Notes: generated by a model not told the origin, from the letters alone. A DNA stretch of 63,440 nucleotides, filler included, from Klebsormidium nitens (GCA_000708835.1; 6 parts of 6 records of this genome joined end to end with filler, not necessarily neighbours in it), one strand, 5' to 3'. Positions 20,146-34,462 are shown, counted from the whole stretch's first letter. A program made the numbers and translations.

Positions 20146-23100
20146 TTAACCAAAGTAAAAGCTCATGGCAAACCGTGTCGGGTTGAAGCCAGTGAGCACA
20201 GCTGCAGCACAATGAAACGAACCCGTCAAGACGGAGATTCTCAAACTTACAACGAAGTGATACCGCATAAAATAGCCCGTTCGCAGTGCATACGCCAAGA
20301 CACTTTACTCACACCCCGAGAATGTAAGACCAGAAAAGGAAGAGAAAGAGAGACGCTGGTGCTGGAAGGACATACCGATGGGGAAGGCCAGCCAGATGGC
20401 ACCGATCGGGTACAAGAAGAAGGTGGTGCGCTCCAGGAACGGCAGGACTGCGGGACAAACATATCGTTAAGAAAGAGGGCAGAAGCAATAACGAATCTTT
20501 TGATAACTGCACGTCAGTCGTCACATCACACCATCGCTATACATCTACGTGCACCTACATCCTCCATCTATGTCAAGGAGAGCGCGCAACAAACGCAACC
20601 CGTCTGCTGGCACAACTATCACTTGTAATCGCTGTCATCTGGTGGGAATGTGTTGCACATTAGGCCAGGACTTCTAGTCCGTCAAAGAACCGGCGCATCC
20701 TGAACAGGTCTCAATTTCCTGCCAACCTCTAACAGGGAGAGGCGGTGGGCGCTGACCATCATATCCCAAGAAGTTGACGTAGTGGTAGTGGCTCAGGGCT
20801 GCCGCATACAGCGCCGACGAGAGCAGCGCGGGCAAGAAGCCATGCGCGAGCAGGAGCGGGGACAGGAAGTACTGCACCACTGCACACATTGACACGGGAC
20901 GGGGGGTCAGCGAAGGCGCCAGCAGCGAGTATCTGGGGCGTCAGCATCGGGCAGTGCTCACAGCGATGCAGTGAAGAGCGGGCCTCAAGGGAATGGCCCC
21001 AATTCTTCTCATCGCGTTAACTAAGAGCATGTCGACGAAGAAATGTGTTCAAGAGCACAAACAAAATGAAAGCGCAAAGCCGGGATGCTCATGCTCCCCA
21101 CCCATACCCACCGCAAATCTGCAAAGTAACCCTACCGGTCCTCCAGGAGCTCTCGTCGGTCAGATGCCCTCGTTAACATACAAATGACAACTATTGTGCC
21201 AGGGCCCTGATGGGACCCCCCAGGACAGGCAGTGGCTCGGGGTCCCGCGGTGAAAGAACACAAGATCACTAGAATACGGAAAAACGGAAAGCAGCAGGGG
21301 AGGCGGGACAGGCGACCTACCGTACAGCTGGACGAAGAGCGGGAAGTAGGAGTTGCAGTGGACGTCAAAGGCATACAGCCTGCAGGAGAAGAGGGATCAA
21401 TACGAGCGCAATGATGTCCAACTCAGGAGAGACATGGGGGCTGCCGAGAGTAGGGTGGAACTGTGAGCCAGAAGGGGTACCAAAGAGGGCCAGCAAAAGC
21501 TTCGTCCGTGGCAGTAAGAAAGATCGGTTGACTTGATCAATCAAGACCACCAAGGCAGGCTGTGCCAGACAAGCGCCGCAATGAAGTGACCGACTAGCAT
21601 CCAGGCAAGCCTGCATCCAAAGAGCCAGGTGACCCTTCTTCAAAAGTTTCAATCGAAGCGGAGCGGAGGCGTGTGGCTCACCACTCGACGCGTTGCTCTA
21701 CCACGTGCGTGTGCGCCGCCGCCTCTTCCCGCAAGTACTGGTTGGCCAGGAACCTGCGCAGCCAGGACAGACACCGGCCATGTTGAGGCACGGCGGTGGG
21801 GACGCAGACTGAGGGACACAGAGAAACTTGAGAAAGATTGGCAACCGAGACCAGATAACTGCAAAGGAAAGGGGCAGAGGTGGCGCACATGGCGCAGGGT
21901 GTCTCACCAGCAGGCTGTGGCCACGATGATGCCAAAGAGGAGGAAGTCCACAAACACCACCGAGACAATAGTCACAGCCGCCTGCGCGGGGCTGCTGCCA
22001 TAGCTGCAAGGAAAGCGGGGGAGTCAGTGGAGCAGGATGGCATGCAGGTTGACTCAAAGGGAAACAGTACTCAGATCTCAAATCGCACCCTGCTTTGAGC
22101 TTGATGGGACAGCGATGAACATGAGTGGACAAAGATCAGAGAGTGAGAGAGTGGGCCGTCAGTTGCAGAAATGGTGGATGATTGGTCAAGCTGTTTGGAC
22201 TGAAGCCACGTACGCTGCGCAGAAGGCACCCGCAGCGACAGCGAGCAGCAGGCAGCAGATCACTACAAACGCAGGGTCGTCGCGCGCCCACTGATTCTTC
22301 GTCTCTGCAAAACAGAGGTCCATGTCAAGGTGGCGTGACCAGGACGGAGATCCAGGAAGCCTACTCAACGAATCCAGAGGGCAAAAAGTTGATGGTTCCC
22401 AGGGCAGCGGCAACAGAGAACGCATTCTGCAATGGAAATGGCACCTCGCTGCAAATATAGAAGAAGAGACGTGGCAGTGGAAGAGACGCCAGGTGGCGCG
22501 CGGAAGAACTTACGCTTGTGGTATTTTGTATGTTGGTAGCTGCACAAAATAGACGACCAATCAGCGCATTATACTTTCACTCTGTCAGATCCCCTGGAAT
22601 CTGATTGGAACCTAACCAGTACGACCACTAGAGGCAAACAGGCCAAGCAGATAGAACCGGTCTCACGGGGGCTTCAAAGGGGGATCACTTACACAATTTT
22701 TGGCGATATGCACAGGTGCAGCATTTGCCAGAAGGTATACTCAATGTCCATCTGCCGCCACTGCAGCAACGGGCACACGCGCGCTGGGTCAGCACAACTG
22801 ATGCAGAAGTGTACACAGATACAAGCACAGCACGCCAGCGTTTGCGACATGCATGTGGGGCCCCAACAAACAAACTACCTGACCGCAACAGGTGGCCACT
22901 GATCGCTTGGCTGGAGGTCTTCAATTTGAACCTTTCCACCAGCGAAGGGGCGGCTCTACAGCGCAGCGGGGCCTAGTTGCTGAGAGGGGCAGGGGGCTAC
23001 TGCACAGCGGAATGTTGAGCCACAGTCGTAACCGTACGTACACATGCTCCTATTTTCTTGTTCAGATTCGGTGTAACATCTCACAAGTAAAGGCTTACTT

Positions 23101-23197
23101 TGACAATTCTTCGCAGGTACTGAGGCAAAAACGAGTAACTCCGATAGCCGCTACTCCTGGCCCCCTTGGCGCTGCCCTTGCTGGTGGTGGGCAACAT
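20146..23197 (-). CDS. UNC50: UNC-50 family Golgi membrane protein (GMH1-like)
   Basis: Ten phase-consistent exons: 23197-23099, 22760-22693, 22539-22514, 22304-22214, 22003-21908, 21753-21682, 21379-21321, 20879-20757, 20447-20376, 20201-20146. Motifs MLPTTSKG, QMDIEYTFWQMLHLC, YHKQTKNQWARDDPAF, EWLYAFDVHCNSYFPLF, LPFLERTTFFLYPIG. Confidence 0.93.
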
Positions 23198-24255
23198 CCC
23201 GTCAGAAGGAAAACCGCCGAGGCTGGGCCCCCGCCGCTCCCGGGCTTTCAAACTGCCTAGGTCCTTTTCAATTGAAACAATGGAGTTGAGGTTGGCAATA
23301 CTGCTTGTCATGACTCCCCTTCATGCTTTGCTCTGCATCAGCGGCCAAACGTAACAATTGCAGCATGCCGTGCCCGTGGTCAGCAGAGCATGCAGCCTGT
23401 GTAACCTTCGGTACAAATCCAGCGCCTAATAGATCAAACGTGCACCTCAATAGAAACAGCTCTCAACGGGAAGCCCGCTCTCAATGCCCGTTCAAGTTCA
23501 GAATCTCAAAACCCCAGCGAGTGGAGGAGCTGCCTTGCAAGGTTGTCTACCTAATTACAATACCTGAGCTCCCTGCCCGTGAGCTCCTACACCCCTTAGT
23601 CTCATCCACTAGCGGCTAGCCCTATACCGTAGCCTCAGTAGGGGCGTGATTGCACCAGCGCGAGGTTCCGTCTGATCAGCAGTGACACACACACACGAGC
23701 CCGGTATAAATGGGTCGGCAAAGCCAACAGTCCGAAAATATACAAGTCGAGCCTCGATCTCGGTCTCTAGGATCCTCCTACCCTAGAAAGAGTATGCAAG
23801 TCTGCACTGCGTCCTGGACTACCTGAGCTCTGAGGCCTACCGACCTCTCAATCGCACGGGCCGCTCTATGGTGAACTGCCCGGGCCTGGCTACGCTGGAG
23901 GCTAACCGAAACTCGCTGATTGACCGGAGATCACAGCTTGAACTTGAGCCTGAGGTTGAAGCTCCGTCGAGTCTGCAGTTGTAGGATACAGCGTCCGTTT
24001 AGAACTGGTGTCATAGTTGACAAGCCGCTACAGAGAAGTTTAGGCTACAGCCTGAGCCGTGACTCCTGAAGGCTGAGCCTTGAGGTACCTTTCTGAGGCA
24101 AGTGCCCGAATCAGCCGTGCTAGCATTTGCGTACCGGTATTCCAAAGTTCCACCAAAGTACCGATTCTTGACTCTTCCCGCACCACAGGTGCTGTGTACA
24201 GGACCTCTCCCCAGCGGCTTCCCCTTCCTCTTTCCTGCTGGTGCCGGTGGTAGCC
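23198..24255. promoter_or_regulatory. Probable bidirectional promoter region between divergent UNC50 and RPL18a start codons
   Basis: Head-to-head ATGs at 23197 (-) and 24256 (+), about 1.06 kb apart. Inferred from geometry only; no specific motif identified. Confidence 0.4.
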
Positions 24256-26557
24256 ATGGCGTCCACTTTCAGGGTGAGCGACCCTGGTCTGGCCCGGTAA
24301 AGGAATCAATAGTGGGCAACAACAGTCGGCGGTTGGGTAGTTGCGATCCCCACGGCTGAACAAGTCGGTCGCTTGGCGGGCTCTGAAGAAGCCGCTGGTT
24401 GTTCCGGCAGGCATGTTTGAATAACCTGTGTGAGAGCAGCCTGGTTCAAATTTACCTGCGTGTCTAGGCGCACTGGCCACTCGGCTGCTTGCTTGCTGAT
24501 GCGGGGGCTGTTTCGGGTGTGTGCAGTTCCACCAGTACCAGGTCGTGGGGCGGGCCAACCCCAAGTCGGAGGAGGATGTGCCCAAGGTGTACCGCATGAA
24601 GCTGTGGTCCACCGATGAAGTGCGCGCCAAGAGCAAGTTCTGGTGAGGGCCTCCAGCGCAACCCGCACGGTCCTGTTGGTCTGCTCTAGAGTCCCAGCAC
24701 AATAAGACGGATAAGGGGGTCCGTCCCTTGGGAGAGCTGTTAGGAAAGTATGCAGAAGCCTGTTAGCCGAGTAAGGCCTGGCTTCTGTGTCGACAGTTGT
24801 GATTTTGCCACAGAATCCCTGTCTTAAATACAACAAGGTTTTTCCCAATACAGACTGTCTCATCATAAATGCAATAAGCAGGATACTGTGGGCCAGGAAG
24901 GTGTGTGAAGGGGCAAAGGTCCTTGCGTGGAAGGGCTAGGCACAGAGTTGGGCAATTAATGACGGCTCCCTTGTCTGGCATCAATGTAGCTGATAACGGT
25001 GTCTGCGGGCTCTCCGGTAATGGTATCCAGCCAGGGGCCTGTCCCTGCGCAATCATTTTTGGGTCCACAATGCGCTGCTTGTCGAGGCGGCTTGGCAGTG
25101 GGGCGTCTCCTCTTTCTGTGAGGGTGTGTGACCCTGATCCCCTGCAATTGTGTCTGGTCAGGTACTTCTTGAGGAAGTTGAAGAAGGTGAAGAAGTCCCA
25201 CGGCCAGATTCTCTCCATCAACGAGGTGAGCAGGGAGCTTATTACAGTGTCAAGCTGGGGCTCAAGCTGACACTGTAAGATTCATGTGCATGTCAACCTG
25301 CGAGATTGCAGTGATCGCAGCGATTCTGCGGGGTAGAGCCGAAGGCTGTGATGACGCAAGATGGACGTTGGGTGTGGGTTGTTGGACTGGCCAATCTTAG
25401 TGGTAGAGAGGGGTGAAGCAATGTCCGTGGACAGCTCAACGGTGGGCCCCTCCAGAAGCAGTGAGGGCAGGCTTGTCCCGGAAGCGGCCAGGGCCGCTCT
25501 TGTCCAAAGTCCATCTCTACGGCCCGCTGGCAGCTCAAGAAGCACTCTTTGCAATACCCTCAGCGCAATTTCTGCGCCCGCTTACGGGTGTGCGTCAGAG
25601 GCAACAGTTGCCACAACAGCACTGCCGCAATTGCGCACTGGGCAGTGCGCGCCCGCAGTCGAGGGGGTTGCCCGGCGAGGGTGGAGAGGCCAAGTGCTGA
25701 CGGTGTTGTTCGGGGCTGGTGCAGATCTTTGAGAAGAAGCCGACGACGATCAAGAACTTCGGGCTGTGGATCCGGCACCAGAGCCGCAGCGGGTACCACA
25801 ACATGTACAAGGAGTACCGCGACGTCACGCTCAACGGCGCCGTCGAGCAAATGTACTCCGAGATGGCCTCGCGCCACCGCGTGCGCTTCTCCTGCATCCA
25901 GGTACGGCGCACTGAATGTTTGAGAAGGAAAGGCGGGCTGGCAGTGCCGGCAGTATCGAGCTCCTTATTCGTCATTGTACGCTGGCAGACTCAGCTTGTC
26001 AGGGTGTACTGGACAGGTCCTACAGAATAGTTGCCTGGTTTGCCCCTGGACAAGCCTTGCTGGCGATGGTCCAGCTTGGTGTTTGGCACCCTGGTGACAC
26101 TGCGGCAGCTCTTCCCTACAGCGAATGAGCGGTTGCTCAAAGCTCTTCTTGCAATCAGTCGCATGCCACCTGGAGGGACAGACACTCTGCCGGAGTGGGG
26201 ATTACTAGTTGGTTTCAGGGGGAGTTCTTCCAGGAAGGCTGTCTAGCAATCATAAAAGGTGTTACCTTGGCATCATCGGCCGTGCCGCTGGCTTCATTGG
26301 TCCCTGGCGGATTAGAGCGGGACAGTTAGGGGGCAGGTCGTGTGCTTGCCCCCGCCAGTGCTTGACCAGTGGCGCGGGTGGTGCGTGTGCAGATCATCAA
26401 GACGGCGACCATCCCGGTGTCCCTGTGCAAGCGCGTGAGCACCACCCAGTTCCACGACAGCAAGATCAAGTTCCCCCTCACCTACCGCTTGATCCGCCCC
26501 TCAAGCAGGAAGCTCAAGACAACGTACAAGGCAAAGAGGCCGACCACGTTCATCTAA
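24256..26557 (+). CDS. RPL18A: 60S ribosomal protein L18a (eL20)
   Basis: Exons 24256-24273, 24527-24642 ([10 protein letters not shown]...[18 protein letters not shown]), 25162-25225 ([21 protein letters not shown]), 25725-25901 ([33 protein letters not shown]) and 26393-26557 (..KAKRPTTFI*). Confidence 0.97.
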
Positions 26558-27986
26558 GCTGGTTGGACAGACCATGTTTGGTGACTTTGAACGGTTGCTT
26601 GTCTTTCATAATCTTCAGAAGCCATCCAACCGCTGTAATGACCATGTTGAGCATGTGGATGCACGTTGATGAGCCGCCAGCTTCCAAGCGACCACCGGTG
26701 GGTCCCAATTGACCGTCGATGACAAGGGCTAATAGGTAACGAGGTAAAGGTGAAGCCCATGCATGTGCAAGCGTATACACACAACCAAGCATGTGCAGTC
26801 ACCTAGAGCCTACATTCGTGTCAATTCTTGCTTTGGTATATGATGGTGACCCCTGCATTATATGTCAGATTTCAAATCTGATTGATTCGCGTTGGTTTGG
26901 AGCTGCGATCGGTGCGGTTGACGATTGTCTCTATTTGAAAATCTCCATCATGCAAAGCTTGGGCAAGTGCTTTATGGTGCACCCCTAGCACTTTTTGCAA
27001 GATATTGATTTTTCATGGACGAGTCTAAGTCAGCAAATTTGAAAGTATATATTTGTCGGTTATTTGGGCGTGTTTAGTGGAGTGCACGTCTGCTGAATAC
27101 TGCGCATAAACTCGATCCCACGAGTGGTCGGTTTCAAAGAGCATGTTTTGCTACACAATCAGGGTGCCGCGTTCGGCGCGCATACGCACTGAGTACATTG
27201 CAGCATGCTAATCATGGACACAGCCTATTCCGCGCAGTTGCATGTGTCGGAGCACCAAGTATCAGATGCCTGGTGCAACTTACATGCCGTGTTGGTCATG
27301 AGTCATGACCTAGCTGTGAGTGCAAGAGCTAGCTGCTTATTCTGTCTATCAGGTTTACTAGTGCTTGGAAGCTTGGCTGCATGCAGAAACTGCTATATAG
27401 CACCGTCCCAGATTCTACATTTGTCCAGGCACTCACAGTAACCTGCGCAATCGAATGCACGTCCCCATGTAACAGCGCAAGACAATGTCAGATTCGTGCG
27501 TATAATTGCACTGGGCAGTGCTGCAGGTGCCAATGACCCCAAGCTTACGCCTCAGAAGAACACCACCAAGCATGGCTTGATGGCCCAGATTGTTTGGAAG
27601 GATGGAAGACTGCGTCGCTTACGCACAGCAAAATACGATTCTGTAATCGTCGTTCTGGAAGTCATCGATTGATAGACTTCTCGACTCCCCTGAAAAGGAA
27701 ACACTCTTTTCATGCTGCCGCTTGCGCCTGTCAAATTGGCGTTGCGGGCACTTCTGATGATTATTCGACTCCTCTCTTTCAACGCGGAAAGGCCGCTTGT
27801 CTCGTTCGAAACCTTTTGAGGTCTGTGCTGGCTGGCACATCGAGGGCTGCTTCTCGACGTGCAAGGTCACCAAGTGCCAACGCTTTGAACCACCGGCCGT
27901 GGGCGTCACGAGCCCATTCGTTGGAACTTCTTTCGAGTTCCGCCTCGACACGGTACCTCTTTTCGGTCGTCTGCGTCGGTTTGTGA

Positions 27987-30900
27987 TCAACCGTAGTTGG
28001 TCGACGTTCGTTGCGTGGCTATGTACTTTTGTGAGTAGGGGCTGACGTACCTGCAGAGACGGAGGCAGAAACTGATCAGGCACTTGCGGCGTTCACGGCT
28101 GGATCGTAAGGCACACAGTCACGCTCAGGCATCATAAGTAAGAGGACCATCTAGCTGATCACGAATGTGCGGGGCCCGGGCTCGCATGTGTTCTTCAAAT
28201 GCACCCCCCCTGCACGCGGGTCGCCTCACTTGAGGTGGTCGCCTTTCCTCTGCGTGGCTGCCCCGGTCTTGGCGGCGTGCGGCGCCTCCGAGACGCGCGG
28301 CCCCTTGTCGGGCGGCAGCCCGGGGGCTTTCGCGGCGCCGCCCTTGCCCAGCTTGGACCCTTTCAACTGCGACTGCTGCAACGCACAAAGGACACAACAC
28401 GTCAACGGGCGTGCCAGGCAGATTGCTCAACGCAGCCGCGGCGTCGTTCTGCTTGTTTTGGCTTCCTATTGATTCTGTGTTTCAGGCATCCCGACTGACT
28501 CTTTCTTTAATCCGCTTTCATCATACAGAGGAATCGCATCAACAGTACTCTGCGCGATGCAGAACAGCCAATTTACGCGTAGGCTCCGGTTGCGTCTTTC
28601 GCCTCACCCGCTGCTGCCCCGCGTTGTTGTAGCCGTGCCCGCCCTTGCCGCTCTTCATGGGCAGGCTGGCCAGCGTGTAGCTGTTCCGGATCGGCGGCAG
28701 CCCCTTCCCCCCTGCCGCCTCCTCGCCCTCTCGGCCCTCCTCCCGCCCGTCCCCTCCCCGGTGGCTCGCCCCGGCCGCGTACCCGTGCGCGGTGCTGTGC
28801 ATGGACGGCAGGCTGCTCGCCGCGCTCGCCTCCTCGTGCAGCCGGTGGCTGTGCCCCGCCTCGTTCTCCTTGTCGTCCTGCACGCACCCCCACACCACAC
28901 CGCTCACGCCAGGCTCTGTCGAGCGCCCCACGGTCGCTTCTCAGGGCCGCATGTCACAAGCAAAAGTGTCCCAACGTGTTGCAACAAAGAACCAGGCTGC
29001 GACCTACTGAGTAACTATGACAGCTTCCCTGTTTTGGAAGCAACAACCAGATTGAGGGGCTCGTTGGACGCACCTCCCGCGCTTTGGCGATGCTGGGCAG
29101 CTGCGTGCCCCCCGCCGCGCCCCCCTCCCCTAGTTGGCTGGCCCGGCCACTCTTGGCCGCGTCCTTGCCCTTGCGTCGCGCCTCCGGCAGAGCGTCCTCC
29201 GGGCCGGGGAACCTGCACGCCCAGCAGCGCCGCGATCGGTGCCAAGACGACAAGCGGGACGACGACTGTGCCGGTGTGGGTGTCACTCAATCGAAGACAA
29301 AGTCTTTGACGTGTTCAATTTACTGCCAAGCTGATTGGCAAGCTTCTGCCAGTACCGTTCCTCTTCTGAATCAGAAGCCGACGCAGGTAGAAGTTTTCTT
29401 CCATTCTGTACACATCGTGGAGCATGACCTGCTTCAAGACATGCTCGCCCTGACACCCCGAGAAGCGCATCTGGGATGAATTGAGTGGCCGCCCCGATGT
29501 ACTCTTCCATCCATCAACATATCCGCAGGCTCCCAAGTCACTGCGGAAGGGCGTTGCGCAGTGCTCGGCGCGTGGGCGTCACCTGGGGGAGGGCTGGCTG
29601 CTGAGCGCGGCGTCGTGGGCTGGCTTGTCGTGCTTCTCCTTCTCGCGGATCTCCCGGAAGTACGGGTGCCGCAGCGCCTGCTTCGCCGACAGCCTGCACA
29701 GAACAGCCACGCCGTCACGGCCCGCACACCGCGCCTGATGCGCGCGCACGGAACACGCCAGTGCCGGAAGGACGAGGCAACGGTAGACGAAAAAGTAGGG
29801 GAGCAAGAGGCAGCCGAGCAGCCCCAAGCACTGCCAAGAGCCCGGGGCACAGAGGAAGAGCCAGCCAGGCCGTGACTGGGAGCCATTCATCTCGGACTCT
29901 CTTGCGCCTGAAGCAGCATTTCTGAGAACCTAGATGCTGGACACGAGGAGAGCGAGGGCGCGGCGCAGCGCCGAGCCTGCTTTTCGGCCCGCGCACCTGT
30001 CATCGGGGTTGTACGCGAGCAGCTTGCAGATGAGCTCGACGCAGTCGGGCGGGGCGTGCGGGATGAGCTTCTCGATGCCGGAGCCCTCCTTGGGCGGGAA
30101 GTCCAGGTCCAGGTGGTGGCTCCTGCAGCCAGCGCCACACGTGCACGCTCAAACGAGACCTGACTAACACATCCTACGTCCCGGACACTCGCTTTGCGAC
30201 CGCGTGCTCAGTCGCATCTCTACGACATGCCCGTCAAACTCTGCCGCCTCCTGACCTTCTCAACCTTCCGCACGCTGACTCCATTGACTTCTGTAGGACG
30301 GGCTCCAGAGGGCCCCGCTTTGCAGGTGAGGCCTCACAGGCGACGGCCAGGGGAACTCGCGCGCTCACCCTAGTTTCTTCATCTTGTCGAGGAGCTCGGG
30401 CGGCGGCGTGCCGACGATGTTGTGGATCTTCTGCACCTGGTCCAGCTCGTTGGTGCCGGGGAAGAGCGGGAAGAGCGACACGATCTCGAAGAAGACGCAG
30501 CCGACGCCCCACATGTCCATCTTGTACGTGTAGTAGCCGTCCGTGAGCAGGCACTCGGGCGCGCGGTACCAGCGCGTGGAGATGTACTCGGTGTAGGGCG
30601 GCGCGCTGTAGATGCCGCGGCAGCTGCCGAAGTCGGCGAGCTTGAGGCAGTCGTCCATGATGAGGATGTTCTCGGGCTTGATGTCGCGGTGGAAGATGCC
30701 GTTGCGGTGCATGTGGTCCATCGCCTTCACCAGCTGCCACATGTAGTGCTTCACCCGCTCCTCGCCCAGGTAGTGCCGCCGCCCGCGGATCAGCTCGTAG
30801 ATGTTCATGTCCATCAGCTCGAACACCAGCGCCAGCCGCCCCGTCGGCTGGTCGCTGCACGCGCACCGCAAACGCACCGCTCACGGACCCGGTCCAGCAG

Positions 30901-31868
30901 AATCTACTCGTTTGAGAAACATCACCGCAAATGCATTGGAATATACGTGAGCATGTGACTGGATGCACGTTGCTAGGGCTACCAGGTGGAAAAGGTAGGG
31001 GGTGGGGCCTCACTAGAGCACCTCGAGCAACTTGACGATGTTGGGGTGGGGGGACAGCCGCCGCAGCGCCTGGATCTCGCGCAGGTTGTTCACCTGGGGC
31101 AACGCCGCACAGCGTCAGCCATACCCGCCAACAGGATGAGCGCCACAACAGGAAAGATGTGATGCGGCAGTGTGAACTGACAGAGCCTTGGACTTGAGAC
31201 TCTGGTGGTGCCACCAAAAAGCAGAGACCCGACCTTTCGGCCGTTGAGCAGTGAGCAGTCATCAAATATGCGTAAGGTTGACTCAGAGCAGTGACAAGCA
31301 TGCCGGCTACGAGAAGTTACCCTCAGGCTTCGGCGGAGCGCGGTGGTCTTATTACCTGCTCGAGGGAGTCGAAGTGGTTCTTCATGCACTTGATGGCGAC
31401 ATACTTGCTGTTCTTGATGCATTGCGCCTTGAGCACCTCCGAGAAGGTGCCCTCGCCCTTCTTGGCCACCAGCCGGTACTCTGCACAACCACCATACACG
31501 ATGCAAGAGTGATACAACCGCAGCTAGAGCAGAAGCCAAACCAGCTTACCAAACAACCCAGGGGCAACCTTCGGTACAGGTTCCATGATGAATGAATGGG
31601 CTGCGGGCTCTCAAAGTTCATTTTGGATCCGATGTATCATGGCGGCTCTTGCCCTTCTCGAATTCATTACCCATCAGTTTGGTCACAGGGGCAGGACAAA
31701 GAAAGCACCAGTGATGGATGACTCGTGCCACGAGGGTGACATGATACTCTGAGTCAAGCTCCACGCATGTTCCCTGCACATCGGTTGAGGTCTGGCCGCA
31801 ACCCTGGCACACTGGGATAAAAATTACAGACTCAGATGAAAATCATCAAAGATCCACTCACTGTGCAT
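27987..31868 (-). CDS. MOK: MAPK/MAK/MRK overlapping kinase (MOK / Chlamydomonas LF4-like CMGC kinase)
   Basis: Exons 31868-31862, 31480-31356, 31093-31014, 30854-30369, 30122-29997, 29693-29583, 29212-29074, 28877-28608, 28375-28230, 28050-27987. Kinase motifs KKGEGTFSEV, VAIKCMK, HRDIKPEN, LADFGSC, YTEYISTRWYRAPE (TEY activation loop), DMWGVGC. Confidence 0.9.
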
Positions 31869-34462
31869 TTTGGTGGCCTCTTATTGCCCGCTGTCCTTGC
31901 TGTGTGCCCGGTGCTGACCACACTTGCTGGCTGTTGCTGCCCCCCTCTGCTCCTCCCCTGTTCTCTTTACTGCCATGTCACCGTCAGGCGCCAGCCGACA
32001 GGTGGCCCGCATGCACAGCCTCACAGCGTCTGTTCAGCCCTGTGCCAAGCATTCCACAGCCGTCTGCAATGCAGACCTGCCACGAGTCGTCCACACGCAC
32101 TCCCGAGCTTCCTATGAGCTGCGGGCAGCTTGATTTGTTATCAAAGTCCGTTACTCCTCAATTTGGCAAGCATGCACTTAGTGCTGCAAGATTGGCAAGC
32201 TGATGTTTGTGCCGTCTTCTCCTAGCTGCTAAAAACTTGGACTGCACGCGAAAGGCCGGGTGCACCATCGAATCTACGGTTGCACAGCAGTCTGAGACCG
32301 GCCACCACCAGAAAGCGACCCACAGAGTAGGTGCTGGAAAGGGCCTAGAAGACGTGGCTGGGGCTGCAAGTGACCTTGCCCAGGATATGGAGCAAGCTCT
32401 TTTGAACTAGTGATTGTACGTTGCTAAACGTTGGACCAGTTGACTCCTTCTTGTCAGGCTTCAGAACATTCCAAAAGCTAGAAAACTGGAGACGATCCTC
32501 AATCAGCAGCAGCTAGAGTATGCTTCAGCTCCCATGAGCCCTCCTCAAACGAGCTCTAACAAGGAGTCCATATTCAATCCCCTGTGGATCAGTTACACAA
32601 TAATTTGCCCAGCAACGTATCCTAGGCATAGTCAATCAGTCAATCAGATGATTACGCTTACATCTCTGCCACGACGCGCTCAGCATGCTCCGGGTTACAG
32701 CCTGCTCATTGTATCACATATAACTTGTTACCGTATTAGGCTACTGTAGGGCAGCTGCAGCCTGCTTCTCCCTTGTTTCCAGCAGTACCGTACTTAGATA
32801 CTCATGAATCTATCTAATCATCTATTTGCACCACCTGCGTAGGTACTGTAGGTAGGTATGTGAGGTAGGTACCTATACGGCACTACTACTCAGATCCATA
32901 GGCAGGTACAAAAGGCCTTACAAGCTAGGAATTGAACAAACACTGCAAGGGCTGCTCTTGCGAACCCACCGAACGTATCATTTTAACGGTACCGTCTGCG
33001 GTACCCTACACTGCTACAGTAGTAGGTATACCGGTATTGGTACATTGGTAGGTAGTGATAGGAACGAGCAAGACCAGACCCACGGTCAACCCGTGCAACG
33101 GACGGCTTAGTGCTGGTGTGGCAAGGACAGCTTGAAGGTGCAGGATCGACGGTTACGGAAGGATCATTTGATTTTATCGAACGGCAATGCCTGAACCTCT
33201 CACGAGCCGGAGAGTACCGTCCGGACTAAGCTTCAGTAGTGACCGGGGTCCGCCGGTCCCAGTTTGATCGTACGCCGAGGCTCGATCGATGTGCCATCCA
33301 TCGAACGGTCGCGATCGGCGAGTGACATCAGAAATCGTCAGCGTACCGGGGCACGTAGGTACGATACTTTGAGAGTTAGAGGTACCGCCGCAAGTGTATG
33401 ACGTCACCGTCGGCATACTTTACCCGGTACAGTCAAATAATTGTAGATAGAGCCGTTTCAAGCCGTTCGATCATCCCCACTAAGGTTCCTTTGAACAATC
33501 TAAGGATCGTCGGATGGCAGGATGGCCTGTTCGGGGTTTGACTCATCAGGTGCCCGGTATGGCCCCAAAAGCATGCCTTAAATGCTCGGTAACGGTGGCA
33601 AAAAAGAAGAAGCAAATCCGATCGGATTGCTTGATTGCTTTGATTCGAACCGGAGACCTCGGACCTCTTGGCCAAGCTTAGGCCTCGCTTAGGCGAGCGC
33701 ACTAGCCACCTGAATTACGGCGACTCGGCGGGCCCCCGATTTGCATGGTCTGGGAATATCGGTTCTATACCCGGACGCCCACTTTATATGCATTGTAACT
33801 TGACCACGTCAGAGACCTGGCAAGTCATGCAGTGGGTCGCCGAATCTTCGAATTGGCCGTTCGGATACCGCATTGGTTCCGACTTTTCGGACTATGGACT
33901 CTGCGATCGCGGAGTTGCCATCATCGACGGTCAGAGGAATTCCAAGATCAATATCATGACGTTGGGCTGACGGCTTGCAAACAATGGCTGCCAAGCTCAA
34001 CGAGCTTCCTCTTACGATCGGACCTAGCAGCCGGCTGTCAGCTGCGGTATTCCTCAAGGTTTCCAAGATGCATACGAATGCAACTTTGGTAGCCGCTAAT
34101 GCACTTATAAAGTAAGAGCTGAAGAACCAATTTAGAGCTTAGGTTCAGATCGGATGCAGATTTGCCCCTAGTGCTTGAAGGCCGTAAAGCGTACCGTTCA
34201 ACCGTTTGAAGTTCAAACCCTTGTACCGCTCTATGTTTCACCTTGTAGCACGCATCGGGCCCGCCTTGCACAACGCAACCACGCCAAATTTTAACGTACG
34301 GTGAATTCTGCGCGGCGGGCGAATTTTGAGCCCCGCAGACTCGGAGAGGCTCAAAATGGCGATTTTTAGGGTTTTAGGAAATGGCCTAATTTAGGCAATT
34401 CTGCATGTAATTTGAATCTGAAAATTGGTATTTAGCCTTATCACGAGCAGTCTAACATCGTA

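Noticed and set aside
34363-34378. Telomere (TTTAGGG) array
   Set aside because: Fewer than two full units; not a telomeric tract.
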